NCBI RefSeq assembly: GCF_001194135.2
Contig: NC_068999.1
Span: 38,413,352 to 38,477,120, forward strand
Length of the DNA: 63,769 nucleotides
DNA from: Octopus bimaculoides
Taxonomy: Eukaryota
Reading direction: 5' to 3'
A program made the position numbers and the translations under genes. Shown here in pieces: positions 54,820 to 63,769 of this stretch. The notes under the pieces are model-generated. The model saw nothing but the letters and a program-made list of their open reading frames with translations, was not told the origin of the DNA and did not search any database. Position 1 is the stretch's first letter. Each line of letters starts with the position of its first letter.

Positions 54820-55722
54820 GTTGTTATTTTTCTTCTTTCTTCAAATTTTCTTCCATTTCTCGCAGAGTGTTTTCCGTACACCTAGGGCAGAGAAACCCGT
54901 TGTATGCATTCCCAGTTTACACACACAAATTCACAGGTAAAACATGTATTTAAGAAAAAAAAAAAAATTCATGAATGGATGTTGTTTTCACAGCGATAAT
55001 GCTCTTCTCAGAACATGAGTCGTTCCAGTTAGCACGATTTTTTGCACTTCCTGTAGGGATGGTAAGCCTGGTATCATTTTCAAATAGGTTTCAGTACCTT
55101 TTTTTAATCATTCCTAGAGATCCTACAATCACTGGTATGGTAGTTGCCTTGAGGTGCCACATTTTTTCAATTTCTATTAGCAAGTCTTTATATTTACNNN
55201 NNNNNNNNNNNNNNNNNNNNNNNNNNNNNNNNNNNNNNNNNNNNNNNNNNNNNNNNNNNNNNNNNNNNNNNNNNNNNNNNNNNNNNNNNNNNNNNNNNNN
55301 NNNNNNNNNNNNNNNNNNNNNNNNNNNNNNNNNNNNNNNNNNNNNNNNNNNNNNNNNNNNNNNNNNNNNNNNNNNNNNNNNNNNNNNNNNNNNNNNNNNN
55401 NNNNNNNNNNNNNNNNNNNNNNNNNNNNNNNNNNNNNNNNNNNNNNNNNNGTGTTTATACCATTTGTCAGCGGTTTTGATTTTATAATGCTGACATATTG
55501 TCCAGTGTAAATACTGGCCAACTCTGTCATGTCTTGCTTTATCTTCTACAGGTGCTAAGACTCTACACCCTGAGATTAGGTGGTCTATAGTTTCAATCGC
55601 AACGTTACAAAATCGGCATTTTGGGTCAGCTCCATTTTTTATCACATTGGCTTGGTAGTTCCAGGTTAATAAGCTTTGGTCTTGAGCAGCCAATATGAAA
55701 CCTTCAATATCTGTTCTTTTTT
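54820..55722 (-). mobile_element. R4/Dong-clade LINE 3' fragment: CCHC zinc knuckle, restriction-like endonuclease region and 3' UTR
   Basis: Reads EGFILAAQDQSLLT...CRFCNVAIETIDHLISGCRVLA...RHDRVGQYLHW [N-gap] KYKDLLIEIEKMWHLKATTIPVIVGSLGMIKK, then after a +1 A frameshift GTETYLKMIPGLPSLQEVQKIVLTGTTHVLRRALSL*, with the stop at 54990-54988. Confidence 0.92.
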
Positions 55723-56169
55723 AAAAAAATTTTATTATTATTATTACTATTATTATTATTCTGCTCATACCATAACATCTGCACTTATTTGATTCCTTTA
55801 AATTGTGGAAGTTGGTAAAATGTTGAATTTCTCGTTTTTGATGCCTTTCAGTTCATTTTGCTTTCTATCATGTCTTTGGTTCAACATTAAAATATTCCAG
55901 AAGCTAACTGCAGATATTTCAATAAACTTTCTTTTCCAAAAATATAAAGCAGAGAGAGAGAATTCATTATTCAAAGGATCCTTACAAATGAAAAAAAATA
56001 AATCATTATTGTTGTCTTGAATCCTTACAAATCACCTGTCTGCATTTTTGCTAAAATCATCCATTCCAAAATTTTGTAGCCATTATAGAATTCTTTGTGA
56101 ATAACACTCTTCATGTGAAGAAGCTATTGGCATTGTATGTCTGCCACTATTTTCTGAAGATCCTCTGCA

Positions 56170-56400
56170 AATGGTTGTTGTTTGGTCTGGAAGTGGCTTT
56201 TTACAACCACATAGCTTTGGGAATGGCACTTTGGGCAAGTGTCTTCTACTGTAGCTCTTGGCCAACCAATGTCTTGTGAGTGGATTTGGTTGATGAAAAC
56301 TGTGTGGAAGCCTGTCAGGTGTCTTTGTGTTTGTCTTCTCTGCCATCACTGCTTGACAACTGGTGTTAGTTTGTTTATGTCCCTGTAACTTAGAGGTATG
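56170..56400 (+). mobile_element. SINE family B
   Basis: gcactttgggcaagtgtcttctactgtagc...gtgagtggatttggttga...ccctgtaacttag. Confidence 0.7.
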
Positions 56401-56564
56401 GCACCATCAGATTTTCACTTGAATATTTTACAAGTGGAAAAACATTTGAAAGCAGGATGAGGTCAAAACATTTTTCACTTTTTTCTTTTTGCCTGAGGAA
56501 TCAGAAAACTTGTTTGAAAGTGGGAGAATGCTATTGCATTGTAATAATATGGCAATTATATTAT

Positions 56565-56968
56565 CGTAATCATTGTCGTCATTTAACATCTGCTTTCCAT
56601 GCTGGCATGGGTTGGACGGTTTGACTGAGGACTGGTGAGCCAGAAGTCTGCACCACAGTTTTTACAGCTGGATGCCCTTCCTAAGGCCAACCACTCCGAG
56701 AGTGTAGTGGGTGCTTTTCATGCCACTGGCATAAGGGCCAGTTAGGCAATTCTGGCAACGACCATGCTCAAAAGGTGTGTTTTTTATGTGCTACCTGCAC
56801 GGGAGCCAGCCTGGCGGCACTGGCAACGGCCACGCTTGAATGTTGTTTTTCACGTGCTACCAGCAGATGTGCCAGTATGGCAACACTGGCAATGATCACA
56901 CTCGAATGGTGCTTGTTATGTTCCACCAGCATGGGAGCTAATACATGGCCCTGGCAAAAATCACACTC
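56565..56968 (-). mobile_element. RTE-type tail followed by an array of roughly 60-65 bp degenerate tandem units running into an N-gap
   Basis: Recurring units of the form ctggcaacgaccatgct...gtgctacc..gcacgggagc, at least 3 visible. Confidence 0.65.
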
Positions 56969-57834
56969 NNNNNNNNNNNNNNNNNNNNNNNNNNNNNNNN
57001 NNNNNNNNNNNNNNNNNNNNNNNNNNNNNNNNNNNNNNNNNNNNNNNNNNNNNNNNNNNNNNNNNNNNNNNNNNNNNNNNNNNNNNNNNNNNNNNNNNNN
57101 NNNNNNNNNNNNNNNNNNNNNNNNNNNNNNNNNNNNNNNNNNNNNNNNNNNNNNNNNNNNNNNNNNNNNNNNNNNNNNNNNNNNNNNNNNNNNNNNNNNN
57201 NNNNNNNNNNNNNNNNNNNNNNNNNNNNNNNNNNNNNNNNNNNNNNNNNNNNNNNNNNNNNNNNNNNNNNNNNNNNNNNNNNNNNNNNNNNNNNNNNNNN
57301 NNNNNNNNNNNNNNNNNNNNNNNNNNNNNNNNNNNNNNNNNNNNNNNNNNNNNNNNNNNNNNNNNNNNNNNNNNNTGGTTGGTGAAAAATGTTACTATAT
57401 AAATTAATTCTCTGCTGCTGTTCTTTATGGAAGCTATATCTTAGCATTTCGATTCCATGTAAAAATGTAATGGCTAAACAGATTAGTTAGTTAATGAACT
57501 TTCTGCTCATTAGTTGTGTATGTGAATCAGTTTTAGAATTATTTTGGTGTAGAGCATTTTATTCTAGACATCTAATTGCTAAGATTCACCTTCTTAATGT
57601 AATCGTGTAATGAAATAAAAACGCCTCCTTGCTGTTTTAATACCAAAACACCTGAGACAATCTCTGATGCCTTGATATAAATCCTGTTTGTTTTTAAAGT
57701 GCTTCTTATTTAAAATGAAGCCTGCCATTATAGCCAAATTGTGTTCTAAACACTGGTTTACTGTGTTAGTCAGTGAAAATTTTGGCTATTTTACTGCAAC
57801 ACACTAAATCCATAACTATTTCAAACTTAAACAA

Positions 57835-58200
57835 GTATGGCTGTGTGGTTAAGAAGTTTGCTTTGTAACTGTGTGGTTTTGAGTTCAGTCCCAATGTGTG
57901 GCACCTTAGACAAGTGTCTTTTACTGTGGCCTTAGGCTGACCAATACCTTGCAGGTGAAGTTTGTAGCTGGAATCTGTATAAAAGTCTGTCATATACGAG
58001 TGTATCTCTCACCACTTGACAACCAGGGCTGGTTTATATCCCTGCAGCATTTGTGGTTCAGCCAGAAAGACTGATAGAAGAAAGACAAAGTTTTAAAATA
58101 TTGGCCCTAAAGGTGATTGGCTTGTTAAATTCCTTGAAGGCTGAGCCCCAGTATGGCCATAATCTAATGATTGAAACGAGTAAAAGGTAAAAAAAAAACA
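57835..58200 (+). mobile_element. SINE family B, full length
   Basis: tggctgtgtggttaagaagtttgc...gagttcagtccc...gccccagtatggccata...gaaacgagtaaaagg. Confidence 0.8.
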
Positions 58201-58655
58201 TCAATGGAATGCATTTCGTGAAATGGTCATGCCTGATCTTATTCCTCAAAGAAATGTGAAGTATTTGTGTTTAAATAATGATGGTATTTTATTGTGAGGC
58301 GGGGAAAATGAAAGAAAAACCCCTGGATAGTGCAATGGTGGAATATCTTTTAGCCAAAAAGAAATGAAAAAAACAATGTTATTTAAAAGCAGAAAGAATT
58401 ATAGTAAATAAAAAATTACTGAACAGATAATTAAATTTTCCCCACCAAAAAATTTTTAAACTAATTATGAGAACAATGAAGACTTACATTATGAGAACAC
58501 TGAAGTAATCACTTGATAAAAAATGTTTGTGAAAATATTTTATATTCTGTCTGTTTACACAGAATAATGGATATAAATGAAATTAAAATGAAATCTTTTT
58601 ATGTAATTAAGTCTTGTAGGTAAGATGTTTAATCGAGTACAAGTTAATTTGGCAT

Positions 58656-58701
<46 letters not shown>

Positions 58702-59119
58702 CACTGTTTATATAATCAAATTTACATTTAGCAAAAATTATCTCCCCTGAAATAATTTACAGCCTGAGAATTTTGAAGCACATCAAGTTAATTTTAATTA
58801 TGAATCTGTTATTTGTGAGCTTGCTTCTACAGGATGCTTTCTTAATCTATTGATTTTTGTCCCTAAGCTCAGAGCTGAAAAATGATGACATGAAGTTAAT
58901 TTAATTTTTGCTAAGCAATGTGGATCATTATGGTATTAAATGAAGATCAGCAAAAAACATGGACGATGTTCAGAAACAAATGAATACAAAAAAATTAATA
59001 GTTACATATTTCAAATAGAAGCAACAATGAGTAAAATATGAAAAAAAGTAGTTAAAATGTTTGAACACATAAAAATTCAAAGTTTTAAATGAAAATTTTT
59101 AAAGCCAGTGAAATTATTT

Positions 59120-59495
59120 ATTCACAGAAAAAGTGCAAATCTAAGAAGTGTGTTGGAAATGTTTAGTCAAACTAACTAAAGTAGTATGCAATTGTTACAT
59201 AGGTATGACAGAAGAGAATTTAAGGAAAGATATAATCTTACATTCTGTTTTAGACATTTAGAACAAGAATACAACAAGATTATTTGTGTATATCTGGCAA
59301 CTAACTGGTAAGTTTCAAAGAAGAGCATTAAAAGTACAATCATTGAAGATCTGAACTCTGCAAATATAGAAGAAAATCATATAAGTTGTTCATAGCAAAG
59401 AAGAGGAAAAGCTCCCCAAACCTACAAAATCAAGACTTCTAACTAATAAAAAAGATCAGAGCTATTCAGGAAATGTAAACATTGAAAAACATATG
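59120..59495 (+). mobile_element. Penelope-like element GIY-YIG endonuclease remnant
   Basis: With frameshifts: CYIGMTE..FKERYN..FCFRH...TRLFVYIWQL...NK.RSELFRKCKH, matching the PLE GIY-YIG consensus YIGxTExxFKxRYxNHxxSFRH...LSxYIWxL...LNKRSELxxKCRH. Confidence 0.75.
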
Positions 59496-59624
59496 TTATG
59501 GAATTGGGAAATATCAACTTAACCAGATTAAAACCACACAAATACATAGACATTTGAGATTGTGGTCAATGTTGGTGTCACATACCTGGTACCTGTGTCA
59601 GTGACATGTAGAAAACAGCCATCA

Positions 59625-59939
59625 AACTTTGGGCCTCACAGAGGAAATGACAAATAACAGACCTTTGGCAATATGCCATGCTTGAGAAGGTCTGTCAAGC
59701 CAAGTGAAAAATACAGTCATGGCCAATGCTGGTGTTTCATCACTGGCACCTGTGCCAGAGGAACATCAAAAGCGCCCACTACATTCTTGGTGTGGTTGGT
59801 GTTAAGCAGAGCATCCAGCTTTAGAAACCATACCAAATCAGATTAAAACCAAGCACAGTTCCCCAGCTTACCGATTTTCAGTTAAACCGTCCAACCCATG
59901 CCAGCATAGAAAAACGATGTTAAATGATGATGATGATGA

Positions 59940-59943
<4 letters not shown>
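59625..59943 (+). mobile_element. RTE LINE extreme 3' end: ORF C-terminus, 3' UTR and (GAT)n tail
   Basis: LGLTEEMTN..LWQYAMLEKVCQAK* (TGA at 59705-59707), then ...gcatccagct...ccgtccaacccatgccagcat...gttaaatgatgatgatgat. Confidence 0.75.
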
Positions 59944-60013
<70 letters not shown>

Positions 60014-60479
60014 ATACAGAGAGAGAGAGAAGGTGTTAAATTAGCTTTCGCATAGTAAGGGTTTCTAGGAATGAAGATTTGATGCCATACAGCATCATAC
60101 TTCTATCACAACAGTAAAGCAAGCGAATGATGAGATATTATGGAATTGGGGACATGATTGGATCAAGCTCCCATTCTTAACTTTCCTATGCTATTGAATG
60201 AATAGTGAAAAGCGTAAATGCTAAATACAAGAGCAATGAAAGGGCAGTTGACAGAAATTGAGCTGGAATATAATTAGCAAGAGACCCAACGTAGGCATAC
60301 ATCTCAATTTCCATCACTATTTCCTCCGTGATACCATTTCAATAACTGTTTTGCTTTTATTTGTGGGTGCATATGGCTTCACCAACTTAACATATTATCC
60401 TATATCACTGGTGTTTGTTGACCTTGCCATGATGCTCAACAATTCCTTCTGCATCTTTTGAGGATCCCTTCTGTCAGTT

Positions 60480-60625
60480 CTCACAATATCAAACACTCAT
60501 TCATACCCCATCCACACCACATGCAAAATGCAAGTGCACTCCTCTTTCTTGCAGACTACATCTGATTCCTCTAATATCAAGCTTTTTATTTGCCTTCCTT
60601 ATGGCCCCAACATAGCTGAACACTA
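60480..60625 (-). mobile_element. RTE LINE remnant
   Basis: The minus strand reads KLDIRGIRCSLQERG..H..HVVWM, matching LREKLDIRGIRCxVQERRLRWxGHV. Confidence 0.55.
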
Positions 60626-60879
60626 AGACACTTCATATGTATCACCACCACCCATCATCATCATCATCACTCATCTATACTTGAATGGATTACAGAGTAT
60701 TTTAAGAGGCAGATTTTCTGTGGCCAGATGCCCCTCCTCTCACCAATGCTCCCCTGTTTTCAAGACCCTGTTTTGCAAAATGCAGCTATGTTTCTATGGA
60801 AGATTCACAATAAACAGCACTGTTTCTATTATGCTGATGCATGCTTGCAACTACTGCACAATGTCAAGATAAGGGGACA

Positions 60880-60912
<33 letters not shown>

Positions 60913-60999
60913 TGTGAGCTTCTTTCAGTTTCCATTTACCAACCACTCTCACAGTTTTGGCTTACCTGTGGTTATTGTAGAAGACATTTGCAGCAGACA

Positions 61000-61400
61000 C
61001 AGCTGTGCGGATAAGAAGCTTGCTTCTAAACCATGTGGTCTCTGGTTCACTCCCTCTGTGCAGCCTGTGTCTTCTACTATTTCTCCAAGCCAAGCAAAGT
61101 CTTCAGAATGGATTTGGTAGAGGGAAACTGAAAGAAGCCCATTGTATCTATCTTGCTGTCTATCCATGTGTATGTGTACTCATCTCTACACATCATGTGG
61201 TGGTTGTTAATGAGCATCACTAGCATACAAGTGATGCTGTGGTTCTGCTGTCTTCCTTGTAAAACATGTCTGGCCACAGGGAAATATAAACTGGTGAGGC
61301 TTGGCGACAGGAAAGGCATCCAGTTATGGAAAATCTGCCTGAACAACTTTCATCTGACCCATGCAAACATGGAAAAGAGGACGTTACATGACAGTGATAG
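61000..61400 (+). mobile_element. SINE family B head and body joined to an RTE-like 3' tail
   Basis: Head gctgtgcggataagaagcttgcttc, body ggatttggtagagggaaactgaaagaagccc, tail gacaggaaaggcatccagtt...gacccatgcaaacatggaaaagaggacgtta. Confidence 0.75.
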
Positions 61401-63189
61401 AGATTTAAAGGCTAGAATTAAGCCCAACAGAAAAAGTAATTTAACAACTGGTTTTTGCATTGAGAGGAAACATAAAAGGAATATCGACCATTTTCTTCAG
61501 CTTGCACCAACAGATTGTTCAACAACCTACACTTCAACCTCATTAAAAACCAAAACAACACCCTCCTCCAAAATAATAAATGAATAAAATGAAATAAATT
61601 GATGGAAACTTCACACACAACTAATAAAGTAACTACAAACCTATCTGAATTATCTCAATAAAGCTCTTTCAGTTTCGATAAGTTTGGTAATTACTGTTGA
61701 TTTCTCTCATTTAAGTCTGTTCAGTCAGAATGCAATGTTTTTCATTTAACACTTTGCAATCACCATCTCTCTTTGCTCTTTTCATGGCTCTGACACAATA
61801 AATACAACATTTACACTACATGGAGGTTGTTAATTACACTATATAATTGATTTTAATGTATCTATCTCTATTGATTTATAACTTCCTTTCACTCGTCACT
61901 CATTTCTTAATTAATGTCTACGTTTAAAATTCATTTTCCTGCATGGCACTATATATGCGTGCGTGCGTATGTGTGTGTGTGCGTATGTGTGTGTGTGTGT
62001 GTATACATATATGCGTATATGCATTCTCTCTGATGTATAATATATACATGTAGTCTATATGCATATGTGTATATATGTGTCTATATACATATGTATGTGT
62101 GTGTGTGTACATATGTGTGTGTGTACATGTATATATGTGTGTATAGGTGTATGTGTACATATGTGTTTTTATATGTATGTATATTATGTGTGTGTGGCTC
62201 TGTGATATATATATATGTATATATATAGAATGTTCATATATACTTATGTACATATTATGCATGTGTGTGTGCATATATGTGTATTTAATAATCATATTAA
62301 TAATAATGGTAAGTAATGATATGAATTATTATTATTATTATGATAATAACATTAAACTGATAAGCATTGAGTTAATGTGTTTATAGGATTTAAGCTAATT
62401 CTTTATTATCTAATTTGTGCATGTTATTTTAGTCGCTAAATTAAGTAGAGGAATTTTATGAACAAGCCATTTGCTTAATTAATGTCAGTTTCACTACAAT
62501 AATTGAAATCTCATTAGCTTCCTCTTTTCATCAGGAGACCAAAGATAAGTCTAATTATTGCTAACTTTAGTGTCAATAATGAAAACATTATGGAAAAAAA
62601 TAGAAACGAATATTTCAGTTTGCAGCCCCTCCCCTCCACCCAACACCCCTCCCACTCACATCTTTTCTCTTTCTTCTTTTTACTTCTTTCCCTTCTCTCA
62701 CTTTCTCTTTCCCTCTCTCTCACTCTCTTTGATTCTTTGTTCTCCATTCCTCTCCATTCCCCTGCATTGCCCCATATCTCTGTTCTCTGACTATCTTTAT
62801 ATCTCCCCCCCTTTCAATTTCTACCTCCCAATCTTTCTGTCACCCACTTTCAGCCTAGTCCTTAAATAAATATATGCATGTGTGTGTATGTGTGCCTATG
62901 CATATGTGTGTATGTGTGTTTGTACATACATATATGTATATGCATGTATCCATATATGTATATGTGCTTATATTTACACACACAGTCACAAAATTGTTTG
63001 AGCCTGAATGATTTCAGGATTGTATGCATCATGCCATACAAGCTCATGCATCTACTGTATAACCAAAGGTATGAAACTTCTAATAGCTCACATTTAAACC
63101 TTGCGTATATTAAATGACAGCTCTCTCTCTCTCTCTCTCTCATTCGATGGGGTCCTTTCTTTGCTGGTTCCACTAGTAATGGAACAGGA

Positions 63190-63390
63190 AAGGCAATGGT
63201 GGATGCAGGGACAAGCACACACACAAACACACATGACAGGCTTACACAGTTTTCATCTACCAATTTCACTCAGAAGGCACTGGTCATCTCAGGGTATTAG
63301 TAGAGCACTCAGGCCTTTGGTGGTGAAAGCAGTGAGATTGAACCCAAAGCTATGTGATTGCAAAGTGAACTTCTTAACCACAAACCATAT
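63190..63390 (-). mobile_element. SINE family B, degenerate
   Basis: cagttttcatctaccaatttcactcag...gattgaacccaaagctatgtg...cttcttaaccaca. Confidence 0.65.
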
Positions 63391-63424
63391 ATATAATATA
63401 TATATATATATACATATATAGAGT

Positions 63425-63525
63425 ATATCTATCAATCTACCTATCTTTATCCATCTATCTATCTATCTATTCATCTATCTATCTATTTATCTATATCTAT
63501 CTATCTATCTATCTATCTATATGTA
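63425..63525. repeat. (TATC)n tetranucleotide repeat
   Basis: Seen directly. Confidence 0.92.
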
Positions 63526-63769
63526 TATATATATATATAAAAGTCAGTAAATAGTGGGGTTGTGTTAACCGCACGTGGAGAAATAATAGGAAAATGAAAA
63601 ATAATAATAAGGCAGAATGCTAAACTGGAAGCATATTTGAATAAAGATTTCTAACCGGCTTTCATTGCATGGCAAATTATCAAGAAGAGGGAGAATGAAA
63701 ATGTTTTTTTTACAAAGAAGTAAAAAATGAAAGAAATAATATATAAAAAAATAATATATGAAAAAATAA

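Noticed and set aside
56720-56968. Regularly spaced repeats as a CRISPR-like array
   Set aside because: Eukaryotic context, degenerate full-unit tandem repeats without unique spacers, and no cas genes.

Overview
AT-rich, microsatellite-dense animal genomic DNA from a draft assembly with about 15 N-gaps (roughly 3.3 kb in total). The repeat families look like Octopus (cephalopod); this is an inference from recognising the repeats, not a database result. The only host coding sequence I can support is two + strand, phase-0 exons of CCDC39, the motile-cilia axonemal ruler protein: 43514-43642 (129 bp) and 53774-53965 (192 bp), separated by a 10.1 kb intron. Earlier and later exons were not found in the called sequence. 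The rest is non-coding: many tRNA-derived SINE copies, truncated RTE LINE pieces, two R4/Dong-type LINE remnants, a Penelope GIY-YIG remnant, a DD37D (maT) transposase remnant and simple repeats. Almost all ORFs in the supplied track are microsatellite or N-gap artefacts. The clearest oddity is a 215-bp CpG-rich MITE at 11297-11511 with 74-bp inverted arms, an exact 9-bp target-site duplication and an internal TTAGGG tract, inserted into a SINE. I see no evidence of a novel multi-gene system.
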